From NCBI GenBank assembly GCA_030765485.1, contig JAVCCR010000003.1, forward strand, positions 4,653 through 68,652: a DNA stretch of 64,000 nt. The letters run 5' to 3'. Positions 33,876 to 44,147 of this stretch are shown here, one piece after another. The DNA is from Candidatus Gygaella obscura (lineage in GTDB: Bacteria; Omnitrophota; Gorgyraeia; Gygaellales; Gygaellaceae). Both the position numbers and the translations under genes were made by a program. The notes beneath the pieces are model-generated. The model saw nothing but the letters and a program-made list of their open reading frames with translations. It made no database searches and was not told the origin of the DNA. Position 1 is the first letter of the stretch. The number at the start of each line of letters is the position of its first letter.

Positions 33876-34625
33876 TTACTTCTTGTCCTTACCCATAAAA
33901 ACCTTCATGAGTTCTAAAGGTAATGGGAAAATTATCGTTGATGTCTTTTCTGATGAAATCTCCACAAGAGTTTGTAAATATCTCATCTGCAAAGCTATGG
34001 GTTGCTTGGCTACGTTTTCGGCTGCAGCAACGAGCTTTTCTGAAGCCTGGTATTCGGCTTCTGCACCAATTATCTTTGCTCTACGTTCACGTTCTGCCTC
34101 AGCTTGTTTGGCCATGGCCCGCTGCATTTCTTGAGGAAGGTCAACGTGTTTGATTTCTACATTGGAAACTTTTACTCCCCAGGGGTCAGTTGCCCTATCG
34201 ATTATTTCCTGTAACTGGTTATTTATTTTTTCCCGTTCTGATAAAAGTTCATCTAATTGCACTTGGCCGACAATGCTTCTTAAAGAGGTTTGCGCCATTT
34301 GAGAGGTGGCAAACATAAAATCTTCAACTTCCGTTATAGCCTTGTTGGGATCAATTACCCTAAAATACACAACAGCATTTACTTTAACCGAAACGTTATC
34401 CCTAGTAATTATATCCTGAGAAGGAACATCTAAGGTGATAATTCTTAAACTTATACGCACAGCCTTATCTAGAGGGATAAAGACAAATATAATTCCCGGG
34501 CCTTTAGGAACTGAAACAAGCCGTCCTAAGCGAAATATTACTGCTCGCTCGTACTCTTTTAAAATCTTAATGCAGTTTGATAGGTACAAAACTACAAAGA
34601 CTAGAATCATTATGGAAAAAGGCAT
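33876..34625 (-). CDS. SPFH/band-7 (stomatin-like) membrane protein
   Basis: 249 aa with an N-terminal TM helix, an SPFH core (…[21 protein letters not shown]…) and a C-terminal coiled coil ([17 protein letters not shown]). Confidence 0.8.
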   Translation of the reverse strand: MPFSIMILVFVVLYLSNCIKILKEYERAVIFRLGRLVSVPKGPGIIFVFIPLDKAVRISLRIITLDVPSQDIITRDNVSVKVNAVVYFRVIDPNKAITEVEDFMFATSQMAQTSLRSIVGQVQLDELLSEREKINNQLQEIIDRATDPWGVKVSNVEIKHVDLPQEMQRAMAKQAEAERERRAKIIGAEAEYQASEKLVAAAENVAKQPIALQMRYLQTLVEISSEKTSTIIFPLPLELMKVFMGKDKK

Positions 34626-34626
34626 T

Positions 34627-35958
34627 TTAGGCTCCTTTGGTTATTTTGAGTTTTAATCCTTCAACAGCGATTATCTTTACAGCATCGTTTTTCTTAATCG
34701 GTTTTTTATCAAGCGTATATGCATTCCAGATTTCACCGTGACAGAGAACTTTGCCGGTTTTATTTATATTACTTATTGCCGTTGCTTTTTCATTTAAGAG
34801 ACCTTCTTTACCGGTAGTGATTTTCTTGCGGTATGTTTTTACTGCGTTAAATACTAAAAGAACAGCAATTGAGCCTGTAGCAACAGCAAAAGGTATTATT
34901 ATTTTAACTGAAATCCTTAAAAATTCAAATGGAGATTTTATAAGCATTATCGAGCCAAAACTTAAAGCGACAATACCACCTAAAGTTAATAGCCCGAATG
35001 TAGGTGTAAAGGCCTCAGCAATAAATAGTATTATTGATAAAACTATGAGTAAAATCCCGGTGTAATCTATGGGTAAGGCTTGAAAGGAATAAAAGGAAAG
35101 CAGTATACAGATTGCTCCGGCAATCCCAGGGAAACCTATCCCCGGGTGTGAGAACTCAAATATCAAGCCAATAACCCCTAACAGCATGAGGATATAGGCG
35201 ATATTCGGATTAGTTACTGAATTTAATATTCTTTCCTGGAAGGTAAGAGGTATCTCCACAATAGAAGCATCTTTGGTATTTAAGATAATAGTTTTTTCAT
35301 TTAGTATAATCTTTTTATTGTTTAACTTTTGTTTTAGCTCATCAAAATCTGAAGCGATAAAATCAATTACCTTGTTTCTTAAGGCTTGTGTTTCCGTGCT
35401 GGAGATGCTTTTTTTAACTGCATCCTGCGCCCAGCGCTGGTTGCGCTTACGAAGTTTTGCAATTGTAGTAACCCAGGCTAAGGTATCATTTAATACCTTT
35501 TCGCTAAGGATATCTTTTTCAGACTTACTTTTATCTTCTTCGGTCTTTTTTACAGAGGGAGCGATGCCGATATTTAATGGGTGAGCTGAACCCATATTAG
35601 TTGATGGCGCCATAACCGCCACATGAGAGGCTAAGGTAATAAAAACCCCGGCACTGCCTGCACGCGCACCACTTGGTGAGACATAAACAACAATCGGGAT
35701 TTTAGAGTTAAGTATTGTTTTTACAATGTCACGCGTTGAATCCAATAACCCGCCGGGAGTATCAAGTTCAATAATAAGGCAACTTGCCTTATTATCAATA
35801 GACTCATCGATTGCTCGGGCAATAAAATCCTTAACCACAGGGCCAATGATGTAGTTATCTATCCTGATGAGGTTGATTTGGCTAGGTTCTTGCGCAAAAC
35901 AAGAGCAGGAAAGGATAAAAAAACCAATAAATAAACTGAAAATAAGTTTTTTAATCAT
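34627..35958 (-). CDS. NfeD-like membrane-bound ClpP-class serine protease (stomatin operon partner)
   Basis: 443 aa with a signal peptide, a ClpP-like domain (…[11 protein letters not shown]…GSAGVFI…), multiple TM helices and a C-terminal OB-fold. Ends 1 nt before the stomatin start. Confidence 0.75.
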   Translation of the reverse strand: MIKKLIFSLFIGFFILSCSCFAQEPSQINLIRIDNYIIGPVVKDFIARAIDESIDNKASCLIIELDTPGGLLDSTRDIVKTILNSKIPIVVYVSPSGARAGSAGVFITLASHVAVMAPSTNMGSAHPLNIGIAPSVKKTEEDKSKSEKDILSEKVLNDTLAWVTTIAKLRKRNQRWAQDAVKKSISSTETQALRNKVIDFIASDFDELKQKLNNKKIILNEKTIILNTKDASIVEIPLTFQERILNSVTNPNIAYILMLLGVIGLIFEFSHPGIGFPGIAGAICILLSFYSFQALPIDYTGILLIVLSIILFIAEAFTPTFGLLTLGGIVALSFGSIMLIKSPFEFLRISVKIIIPFAVATGSIAVLLVFNAVKTYRKKITTGKEGLLNEKATAISNINKTGKVLCHGEIWNAYTLDKKPIKKNDAVKIIAVEGLKLKITKGA

Positions 35959-36065
35959 AACTTCAGTATATTGTATAGGTAAAAAAGTAACTAGTCAATA
36001 CAAAACCGCCCTTAAAAATATGCTTTAAAACTAAGCATTTTTATGATAATATAACCAATACATTT

Positions 36066-36141
<76 letters not shown>

Positions 36142-36151
36142 ATAGGTCAAT

Positions 36152-36190
36152 TCAGCGCTGTTTAGACAACTAGGCAGCGCTGAGTTTATT
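36152..36190 (+). terminator. Rho-independent terminator after tRNA-Ala
   Basis: 9-bp stem TCAGCGCTG / CAGCGCTGA with a 14-nt loop, followed by the T-rich GTTTATTGTT. Confidence 0.45.
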
Positions 36191-36941
36191 GTTAGGGGGA
36201 AAAAAAGAAATGAAGGTTGTTTTATATTGGGTAATTATTGCTTGTTTTGTTTTTGGAGCTTTCGGTTGTGCTATGAATATTGCTAGTATTCGTAAATACG
36301 GATTACCCACAGATTATAAATCCGAGATAGAAGATATTTTGAGGCATTTTAAACAAAATTTTCCTTTATCTTATGATTACTCCGTTGAGATTTTATCAGA
36401 GAAAGAAATGAGTGAAATGGTAAAATCTGGCTCTCCCCATATAAAACAAATTTCCCCTACAGAAAACCCGGTTATTTATCTCGATGATTTATTTGTGAAG
36501 TATTTATATAATGATCCAAATGGTTACGTTTATAGAAAATTGTATCTTGTTTGTGTTTTAGCTCATGAAATATGTCATATAGAATACAATTTAGCAGATA
36601 ATCCTATAACTATCCATTTGCAAGTAGATTATAAAGCCATTGATATGATAAAGAAGTTTGGAATTGAATGGTTTGAATATAGTTGGGCTTTGGCTTCGGC
36701 AGAGTCTTATATGGACATTAGAAGAACTGGTGGTGAATGGCAAAATCTATTATTAACGATGTTTAAAGGCGGAGTAGCAGTTACAACAGGATTATTTTAT
36801 CAAGAAAATGATTTATTTCAAAGAGCGATAATGATAAATGATAATCTGGGGAGAATGGATAAAGGTTGGTTAGGAAAAAGGGGTAGGAGATGGAGAAAAT
36901 TTATAGATAATAAAGAAATTTGGGATTTTCCTGATGATTAG
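36189..36941 (+). CDS. Hypothetical secreted/lipoprotein with HExxH motif (putative zinc metallopeptidase)
   Basis: Signal peptide with a lipobox-like GAFGC, and HEICH embedded in LVCVLAHEICHIEYN. The likely true start is the ATG at 36210 (MKVVLYW…). No other recognisable domains. Confidence 0.4.
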   Translation: MLGGKKEMKVVLYWVIIACFVFGAFGCAMNIASIRKYGLPTDYKSEIEDILRHFKQNFPLSYDYSVEILSEKEMSEMVKSGSPHIKQISPTENPVIYLDDLFVKYLYNDPNGYVYRKLYLVCVLAHEICHIEYNLADNPITIHLQVDYKAIDMIKKFGIEWFEYSWALASAESYMDIRRTGGEWQNLLLTMFKGGVAVTTGLFYQENDLFQRAIMINDNLGRMDKGWLGKRGRRWRKFIDNKEIWDFPDD

Positions 36942-37014
36942 TATTGCAAATAATTATAACGTATAATAATGAGTGTATTTCGAGAGTTGATGGCTTATAT
37001 ATTAGGAGTAGTAA

Positions 37015-37407
37015 ATGGATAATTGCTTAGAAGTTTGTCAAAAAGTTATAGATAGAATTAATAAAGAAAAACCGAATTTTGAGTTTATCATAGAAAAAAG
37101 GTCTTACAATAGCGAAGATCACAGAAAAGCGGTTGAGGTATGTTCGTATGAATTATTAAAAAAAGAAATAGTAAAGTTAAAAAAAATAAGCAAATTTAAT
37201 AATGATGTATCTGAAGTGCTAGACATTATCAATAAAAAAGAGCCAGATTTATTACTTAATCGATTGAATGAATTGGAAAAAAAAATAAACAAATATTTAG
37301 TCAGTTTAAAAAAACCTAAAGAAGAGATATTCTTTCTTAAGCCTAATTTCTACGGTATTGGCATGGATGTTAAAACTTTTTTTAAAAGAATATTTAATAA
37401 ATTCTAG
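37015..37407 (+). CDS. Hypothetical Lys/Glu-rich coiled-coil protein
   Basis: A 130-aa ORF that is not overlapped by other genes; very basic and helical, with no recognisable motif. Confidence 0.3.
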   Translation: MDNCLEVCQKVIDRINKEKPNFEFIIEKRSYNSEDHRKAVEVCSYELLKKEIVKLKKISKFNNDVSEVLDIINKKEPDLLLNRLNELEKKINKYLVSLKKPKEEIFFLKPNFYGIGMDVKTFFKRIFNKF

Positions 37408-37473
37408 CTATCTGTAGTTACGTTTCATCAAAAACCCTTCACTTTTTAACATTTACTGATACAATAACTTATT

Positions 37474-39870
37474 ATGGACTATAAACCAAACACAATAGAG
37501 CCTAAATGGCAAAAATACTGGCAGGATAACGCCTGTTTTAAAGCCAGTATGGATTCATCCCGCAAAAAATTCTACTGTCTGGAGATGTTTCCTTATCCAT
37601 CAGGCAAGATTCACATGGGCCATGTGCGCAATTACACCATTGGCGATGTGTATTCTAGATTTAAAAGTCTTAACGGCTTTAATGTCATGCATCCTATGGG
37701 TTTTGATGCCTTTGGTCAACCTGCTGAAAATGCTGCTATAAAGCATAATACCAAGCCTGATACCTGGACGCATAAATGTATTGATGCAATGAAAGAAGAA
37801 CTTAAAAAAATGGGCCTTTCCTATGATTGGGATAGGGAAGTTTCAACCTGTGATGATACCTACTATAAGTGGAACCAGTGGATATTCTTAAAGATGTTGG
37901 AAAAAGGCCTTGCTTATAAAAAGGCTTCTAGTGTTAACTGGTGCCCGTCTTGTGAGACAACCTTAGCCAATGAAGAGGTTATTGACGGAGGCTGCTGGAG
38001 GTGTCATACGGAAGTTATTCAAAAAGACTTAGATCAGTGGTATTTAAAAATAACTGATTATAAAGAAAGACTTTTAGAAGACTTGGCTCAGTTAAAAGAG
38101 TGGCCTTCACGAGTTGTTACCATGCAGACCAATTGGATCGGTAAAAGTAAGGGCGTTGAGATATTCTTTAAAGTTAAGGATAAAGATATCACCATTCCTG
38201 TATTTACCACAAGAGTGGATACTATCTTTGGTGCAACTTATATTGTCTTAGCGGCAGAACACCCCTTAACAAAAGAGTTGATAAAAGGTAAGCCTGAGGA
38301 AAAAAAATCATTAGAATTTATCCAAAATACAACTGCCAAAAGCTCTACAGTGAGAGGTAAAGAAGATATTAAAAAAGAAGGTGTTTTTACCGGGAGTTAT
38401 GCCATTAATCCGGTTAACAATGAAACAATCCCGATTTGGATTGCTGATTATGTATTAATGGAATACGGTACTGGTGCGATTATGGCAGTACCCACCCATG
38501 ACGAAAGAGACTTTTTATTCGCTAAAGAACACAACCTTCCAATGCGAGTGGTTATAAAACCAAAAGACAAAGATTTAGATGTAAAAACTATGCAGGAAGC
38601 TTATACACTTAATGGCGTGCAGGTTAATTCTGGAGAATTTGATGGAATAGATAATGAGACCGCAAAAGAAAAAATCGCTTCCTGGATGGAAGATAAAGAA
38701 ATCGGCAAGATCAAAGAACACTGGAGATTAAGGGATTGGCTGATTTCCCGGCAAAGATATTGGGGAACACCGATTCCGGTTATCTATTGTGATAACTGCG
38801 GTATTGTGCCCGTGCCTTTAAAGGATTTGCCGGTGGCACTTCCTAAGGATGCGCCATTTACCGGAGAAGGCGGAAGTCCATTAGCTAAGGTAGCGGAATT
38901 TGTTAATACAACATGTCCCAAATGCAAGAGGAAATCCCGTCGGGAAACTGACACCATGGCCACTTTCTTTGATTCCAGTTGGTATTTTTTAAGGTTTACT
39001 TCAGTTGACTGCGAAGATTTACCTTTTGATAAGCTTGAGGCTAAGTACTGGATGAATGTAGACCAATATATTGGCGGGATAGAGCATGCGATACTGCATT
39101 TATTATACTCTCGATTTTTTACCAAGTTTTTTAAGGATATTGGTTTAGTGGATTTTGATGAGCCGTTTAATAGACTTCTCACTCAAGGCATGGTGTTAAA
39201 AGACGCTGAGGTAATGAGCAAATCTAAAGGCAATGTGGTTGATCCGGATTCAGTGATAAAAAAATACGGCGCAGATAGTCTAAGATTATTTATTCTTTTT
39301 GCTGCACCACCGGAGGTGGAACTGGAGTGGGATGACCGGGCCATTGAAGGAGCGTTTAAATTCCTAAACCGCGTATGGAGGATTAAAGATAATTTAACTG
39401 AAAAATTAGATGCCAATACTGAAAAAGCCCTGCATAAGGCAATCCAGAAAGTAACCCAGGACTATGAAAGCTTTAAATTCAATACGGCAATCGCATCACT
39501 TATGGAGCTGGTGAACGTAATTTATAAAACCGGTATTGATAAAGATGGTTTTTTAAAGCTTTTAGTTTTATTAAGCCCGATTGCACCGCATATGACCGAA
39601 GAGCTTAATTCTATTCTTGGTGAAAAAGACTCTATACTAAAAAGCCCCTGGCCAAAGTTTGACGTGAGAAAAATAAAAGAAGATAAAATCAATATCGTTA
39701 TCCAGGTCAATGGTAAGGTAAGAGCGAATATTGAAGTAGATTCTTCTATTGTCCAGGATGATTTAAAACAAATTGCCCTGGCTGATGCAAATGTCATTAA
39801 GTGGAGTCAAGGTAAACCCGCAAAGAAAATAATCGTTGTACCAGGTAGACTTGTCAATATCGTTGTTTAA
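37474..39870 (+). CDS. leuS: Leucyl-tRNA synthetase
   Basis: 798 aa with the HMGH (HIGH-class) motif in PYPSGKIHMGHVRNY, VMSKSKGN (KMSKS), and the CP1 editing and zinc-binding Cys clusters. Confidence 0.9.
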   Translation: MDYKPNTIEPKWQKYWQDNACFKASMDSSRKKFYCLEMFPYPSGKIHMGHVRNYTIGDVYSRFKSLNGFNVMHPMGFDAFGQPAENAAIKHNTKPDTWTHKCIDAMKEELKKMGLSYDWDREVSTCDDTYYKWNQWIFLKMLEKGLAYKKASSVNWCPSCETTLANEEVIDGGCWRCHTEVIQKDLDQWYLKITDYKERLLEDLAQLKEWPSRVVTMQTNWIGKSKGVEIFFKVKDKDITIPVFTTRVDTIFGATYIVLAAEHPLTKELIKGKPEEKKSLEFIQNTTAKSSTVRGKEDIKKEGVFTGSYAINPVNNETIPIWIADYVLMEYGTGAIMAVPTHDERDFLFAKEHNLPMRVVIKPKDKDLDVKTMQEAYTLNGVQVNSGEFDGIDNETAKEKIASWMEDKEIGKIKEHWRLRDWLISRQRYWGTPIPVIYCDNCGIVPVPLKDLPVALPKDAPFTGEGGSPLAKVAEFVNTTCPKCKRKSRRETDTMATFFDSSWYFLRFTSVDCEDLPFDKLEAKYWMNVDQYIGGIEHAILHLLYSRFFTKFFKDIGLVDFDEPFNRLLTQGMVLKDAEVMSKSKGNVVDPDSVIKKYGADSLRLFILFAAPPEVELEWDDRAIEGAFKFLNRVWRIKDNLTEKLDANTEKALHKAIQKVTQDYESFKFNTAIASLMELVNVIYKTGIDKDGFLKLLVLLSPIAPHMTEELNSILGEKDSILKSPWPKFDVRKIKEDKINIVIQVNGKVRANIEVDSSIVQDDLKQIALADANVIKWSQGKPAKKIIVVPGRLVNIVV

Positions 39871-39875
39871 GCGCT

Positions 39876-40223
39876 ATGCTTAGCCTAAAAAAAGAACAGA
39901 AAATATTTTTAATAACTGTAGTTATAGTTATTGCTGCTTTTCTGGCAATAAGTTTTTTGATTAAAAGAAAAAGATTTACCTGCCCTTTAGCCAGCCTTGT
40001 AAAAGCTAAACTTAACTCAAGTCAGACTAAACCGATCAATATCAATAAAGCCACTAGCCAAGAGCTCAGCTCAATTAAAGGCATAGGAAGTGTTTTGGCT
40101 TCCCGCATCATCGATTATATAAACACCAAAGGAAGCTTTGAATCAATTGAAGAGTTAAAAGAAGTAAAAGGTATTGGTGAATACAAATTCAACCAGATAA
40201 AAGATGAAGTCTTTATTGAATAG
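39876..40223 (+). CDS. comEA: ComEA-family competence protein (helix-hairpin-helix DNA-binding)
   Basis: N-terminal TM helix plus a C-terminal HhH pair (ININKATSQELSSIKGIGSVLASRIIDY…ELKEVKGIGEYKFNQIKD). Confidence 0.75.
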   Translation: MLSLKKEQKIFLITVVIVIAAFLAISFLIKRKRFTCPLASLVKAKLNSSQTKPININKATSQELSSIKGIGSVLASRIIDYINTKGSFESIEELKEVKGIGEYKFNQIKDEVFIE

Positions 40224-41664
40224 GATTTTTACAGCAATTAATATGCGCGCTGCACCAATTGTATTAGTGTGTTTATTGTTATCTGCTGGTATTGTGTTTG
40301 AGAAGGTTTTTGTTTGGCCATTTTTGCTGCTGTTTGCTTTATTGATCTTAATTTTATTAATAAACGTATCGTTTCTGCAGAAAGATTTTTCCACCAACAC
40401 AATCTATCTACTATTTTTTATTCTTGGAGCAATGTTGGTTGCTAACGCAAACACCTTAGCCAATAACCATATCATCAATACGCCGTTTGTATTCAGCCAG
40501 GAGGTTTTAGTTGATGGTGTGGTTATCGATGACCCGAAAGAAAGCAAAAAAAGAACCAGTTTTACCTTAAAGGCAGAAAACGTTTATTTTAAAAAGGATT
40601 TACCTATTGTAGTTACGGGCAACCTGTTAGTGCATTTATATAAAAATGAAGATGTTTTTTATGGTGACAGGCTTTTGATCAAGGGGAAAGTTTCCAAGGC
40701 GTATAATTTTAGTCAGGGTTTTGACTACCGGGAATTTTTAGCCAGTAAGGGTATATACGGCTTGTTTTTTGTCTCCGGAGATGATTTTTTCAGTAAAAAA
40801 GAGAACTTAATACTGAATCCAGTTAAACACCTGGCATATAAACTGCGCAATGATATCAGAAATATTTTTAACCGTAGTCTTAAACCTGCTTATGCAGCAG
40901 CGTATAATACGATTCTTTTAGGTGACAGCAAGAACCTTCCCAAGCTATTTAGGGATAATTTTGTAAAAACCGGCACTGCGCATGTCTTAGCAGTTAGCGG
41001 TTTGCATGTAGGGATAATCTCTTTGCTATTATTTTTTGTCTTAAGGCTGGTTAGGATTCCTAAAAAAGCAATTTATTGTATTATGATTTTTACTTTAATC
41101 GGATATTGTTTTGTTACGGGTTTAAGGATTTCAGTGATAAGAGCCACAGTCATGGCAGTAGTTGTTTTAATTGGGTTTTTAAAGCAGAAACAGCTGAATA
41201 TCTACAATTCTTTAAGCCTGGCTGCGATTATCATCCTGGTGATGAATCCAAATGAGATATTTAATGTCGGGTTTCAGCTGTCGTTTACCAGTGTCTTTGC
41301 CATTGTTACATTAGTGCCTTTGTTGGAGAGGGCAATCAGCTTTTATGAATGGCCAAAGTTATTTAAAAACCTTTTCTTTAAGCCGGCATTTGCCTCATTC
41401 TCTGCCTGGATTGCTACTATGCCTATAGTCGCAAGCCACTTTGGTATTATCAGCCTGGTAAGTGTTGCAGCAAACCTGGTAATAGTTCCCTTTATGGTAG
41501 TTGTTTTATCATCGGGGTTGTTGTTAGTGCTTGTTAAGACTATCTTACCTATATTTAGTACACAACTAGTTGCAATAAGCAGCTTCACAATTCATATTCT
41601 TTTTGCCATAACATCCGTTTTTGCTAAAATTCCCTTTAGTTTTATCCTGATTGGTAATCATTGA
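40204..41664 (+). CDS. comEC: ComEC/Rec2-family DNA internalisation channel (DUF4131 + Competence domain; no metallo-beta-lactamase domain)
   Basis: 486 aa with an N-terminal DUF4131-like segment and the polytopic Competence domain (…GTAHVLAVSGLHVGII…). Overlaps comEA by 20 nt. Confidence 0.7.
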   Translation: MKSLLNRIFTAINMRAAPIVLVCLLLSAGIVFEKVFVWPFLLLFALLILILLINVSFLQKDFSTNTIYLLFFILGAMLVANANTLANNHIINTPFVFSQEVLVDGVVIDDPKESKKRTSFTLKAENVYFKKDLPIVVTGNLLVHLYKNEDVFYGDRLLIKGKVSKAYNFSQGFDYREFLASKGIYGLFFVSGDDFFSKKENLILNPVKHLAYKLRNDIRNIFNRSLKPAYAAAYNTILLGDSKNLPKLFRDNFVKTGTAHVLAVSGLHVGIISLLLFFVLRLVRIPKKAIYCIMIFTLIGYCFVTGLRISVIRATVMAVVVLIGFLKQKQLNIYNSLSLAAIIILVMNPNEIFNVGFQLSFTSVFAIVTLVPLLERAISFYEWPKLFKNLFFKPAFASFSAWIATMPIVASHFGIISLVSVAANLVIVPFMVVVLSSGLLLVLVKTILPIFSTQLVAISSFTIHILFAITSVFAKIPFSFILIGNH

Positions 41665-41696
41665 CAATTAAGCTATACTATGATAAATTTAGCGTT

Positions 41697-42638
41697 ATGA
41701 AAAAGATACTAATTATATTATTTTTAATGAGTTTTGTATTTGTCAGTAATGGCTATTCTTTTTGGATCTGGACACCAAAAAGTGGCAAATGGGTAAATCC
41801 TAAATACAGCGTAAAGCAAAATCCCAAGGAGCATTTTGATTATGCCATGGGGTTTTATAACAAAAAAAGCTTGAAACGTGCCATTGCTGAGTTTAGGCGT
41901 TTGATTAAAAACTATTCTGATGCCTATGAGGCAGCTGAGGCGCAGTTTTATATTGGTAAATCCTTTGAAGGCCTGAGGAAGGATTATGAAGCCTATAAGG
42001 CCTACCAGCTTGTTATAGATAAATATCCGTTTAATAAGCGCCATGAGGAGATTATTAGGATAGAATATGATATTGCTGAGAGGTTTATTTCCAACAGAGA
42101 TAAAAGTAAATTCCTCGGGCTAAATTTTCAATTGGAAGATCCGGCAGTGGAGATTTTTAAGAAAATCGAAGAAAACTCTCCTTATAGCAAGCTAGCGGCA
42201 AAATCGATCTATCGCTTGGGTGTTTATTTAAAGGCGAAAGAGCTCTTTATAGAGGGCCAGAAGGAGTTTGAGAATTTATTGGATAAGTATCCTAACAGTG
42301 AATGGGTGGAACCGGCAAGATTCCAGCTGGCAGAATGTTTGGCTTTGATTTCACCGGAGGCTGAATACAGTCAGAATATCACCCAAGAAGCAAGAGAAAA
42401 GTTTGAGGATTTTGCTCAGGAACATCCCGAGGCTATTTTAGGAGAATCAGCGAGAATAAAGGTAAGGGAGTTAAAAGAAAAGGAAGCCGAAAGCAATTTT
42501 ATCATCGCGCAGTTCTACGAAAAACAGAAAGATTTTGAATCTGCCAAGATTTACTATAATTACGTTATTGATAATTATCCTGAAAGTGATTTTGTAGTCA
42601 AGGCGCTCGAGGGTATAAAAGAGATTGATAAAAAATAA
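41697..42638 (+). CDS. TPR-repeat protein, BamD/YfiO-like
   Basis: Signal peptide then repeated TPR-like helices (…AEAQFYIGKSFEGL…YKAYQLVIDKYP…; …AQFYEKQKDFESAKIYYNYVIDNYPESDF). Start taken at the internal ATG following a hydrophobic leader. Confidence 0.45.
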   Translation: MKKILIILFLMSFVFVSNGYSFWIWTPKSGKWVNPKYSVKQNPKEHFDYAMGFYNKKSLKRAIAEFRRLIKNYSDAYEAAEAQFYIGKSFEGLRKDYEAYKAYQLVIDKYPFNKRHEEIIRIEYDIAERFISNRDKSKFLGLNFQLEDPAVEIFKKIEENSPYSKLAAKSIYRLGVYLKAKELFIEGQKEFENLLDKYPNSEWVEPARFQLAECLALISPEAEYSQNITQEAREKFEDFAQEHPEAILGESARIKVRELKEKEAESNFIIAQFYEKQKDFESAKIYYNYVIDNYPESDFVVKALEGIKEIDKK

Positions 42639-42653
42639 TACGGAGAAGAAACG

Positions 42654-43208
42654 ATGAGATTATTTAAAGGTATTGTTCTGGCTCTGGCAGTTGTTTTTAT
42701 GGCGGTTAATTTAAGCGCCTGCGGTTACAGCGCTTCAGGGGCTAATCTTCCTGCGGGGATAAAAACAATACATGTCTCACCTTTTAAAAATAGAATAGAT
42801 ATCACCTCTGAAGTTACCACGTTTAATAGATACAGAAGCTACCGGCCGCTTTTAGAGGTAGACATCAGGAATTCTGTAATAGACAGGTTTCTTTTAGACG
42901 GGGCCTTGAAAATAGATAACAGCGAAAACGCCGATTGGATTCTAGAAGGCGAGCTGGTTGAGTTTAGAAAAGATGCTTTAAAGTACGGCTCTGATGATGA
43001 GACAGTAAGGGAATACAGGATTAATATAGTAGTTAATCTTTCTTTGTTTGATAGGGAAGGAAGGATTATCTGGGGTGAGCCCGGTTTTACCGGAGATACC
43101 ACTTATTTTACGCAAGGTGCCAATGCAAAAAGCGAAGTTACTGCAATTGACGATGCCTTAACTGATCTGGCAAGACGCATAGTGGAAAGAGTTGTAGAAG
43201 ATTGGTAA
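42654..43208 (+). CDS. lptE: LptE-like LPS-assembly lipoprotein
   Basis: 184 aa with signal peptide and lipobox LSAC-G. The size and the leuS…lptE…holA synteny match the conserved E. coli arrangement. Confidence 0.5.
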   Translation: MRLFKGIVLALAVVFMAVNLSACGYSASGANLPAGIKTIHVSPFKNRIDITSEVTTFNRYRSYRPLLEVDIRNSVIDRFLLDGALKIDNSENADWILEGELVEFRKDALKYGSDDETVREYRINIVVNLSLFDREGRIIWGEPGFTGDTTYFTQGANAKSEVTAIDDALTDLARRIVERVVEDW

Positions 43209-43211
43209 AGT

Positions 43212-43856
43212 ATGAACTTTCTTATTCACGGTGATAATCCTGATTTTATAGATTCTCAGATCGATAACATAAAAAACCACTACTGTAAAAAGGCCACAGT
43301 AGATTTTAATTTTCATACGCTTTACGCCGATGATATCCGCAGCAAAAAGATTTTAGAAGAACGCCTTTGTCAGTTTCCTTTAAACGCAAAAAAAAGAGTT
43401 TTAGTTGTAAGAAAAGTTGAGCAGTTAAAAAGCCCGATTAAGGATTTTTTAAAAAGCTATCTGGAAAATCCCTATAAGCATGTAGTGTTGGTTCTCGAAA
43501 GCAGTCAGACTCCTGATAAGAAAAATGCATTTTTTAATGCAATTGCCAAAAACGTCAAAATCGCCCATGATAAGAAAAGCTTTAGTTTTGATAATTTTGA
43601 CTTATTTCGTGCCATTGAGAAAAGTGAACCTGTGCGTGCTTTAAAAGTACTTAATTTTTTATTGGGGAAGTCAAAACCGGTTCAGGTCTTGGCAGCTATG
43701 GCAGGTTATTTTGCCAAAAGGCCTCCGGCAAGGGATAAAGAGCTTAAGCATTACTTAGAATATATGCATGATGCAGATAAAAGAATAAAAACCACCTCTG
43801 TTGATCCTAAGTTTGTTTTGGAAAGATTAGTATTAAGAATGTGTTTTATTAAGTAA
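43212..43856 (+). CDS. holA: DNA polymerase III delta-subunit-like protein (HolA-like, short)
   Basis: 214 aa. The N-terminal region resembles the HolA clamp-loader fold (…RVLVVRKVEQLKSPIKDFLKSYLENPYKHVVLVLES…) and sits after the lptE-like gene. It is shorter than canonical HolA. Confidence 0.45.
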   Translation: MNFLIHGDNPDFIDSQIDNIKNHYCKKATVDFNFHTLYADDIRSKKILEERLCQFPLNAKKRVLVVRKVEQLKSPIKDFLKSYLENPYKHVVLVLESSQTPDKKNAFFNAIAKNVKIAHDKKSFSFDNFDLFRAIEKSEPVRALKVLNFLLGKSKPVQVLAAMAGYFAKRPPARDKELKHYLEYMHDADKRIKTTSVDPKFVLERLVLRMCFIK

Positions 43857-44099
43857 CAGTTGTAGCCTGGTGGATTTACGCGTAGCGGTATTTTTGGGAA
43901 TTATGTTCTTTTTGGCAGCTTTGGTTAGTTGAGAGGTTATCTTAGGAAGCATCTTTTTAGCCTCAGCTACTTTTTTTTCGTCAATCAACTTTCGGAATTG
44001 TTTTATTGATTTTTTGAACTGATTCTTTATTCTTACGTTATGAACATTGCGTTTTTTGCTTTTTCGTAATTCTTTTAAAGCTGAATATCTTTGTGGCAT
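43833..44099 (-). CDS. rpsT: 30S ribosomal protein S20
   Basis: 88 aa, highly basic (…SALKELRKSKKRNVHNVRIKNQFKKSIK…), typical of bS20. Its 3' end overlaps the holA-like 3' end by 24 nt in a convergent arrangement. Confidence 0.8.
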   Translation of the reverse strand: MPQRYSALKELRKSKKRNVHNVRIKNQFKKSIKQFRKLIDEKKVAEAKKMLPKITSQLTKAAKKNIIPKNTATRKSTRLQLLLNKTHS

Positions 44100-44147
44100 A
44101 AGTATTTTTCCTTTCTAAGGTGTTAAATATAACAGAAACTTTTTTAT

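Noticed and set aside
33643-34153. Plus-strand ORFs 33643-34134 and 33923-34153 spanning the tRNA-Leu region and antisense to the stomatin gene.
   Set aside because: They overlap a well-supported tRNA and the conserved SPFH gene on the opposite strand. The translations are Leu/Ser/Cys-rich shadow frames.
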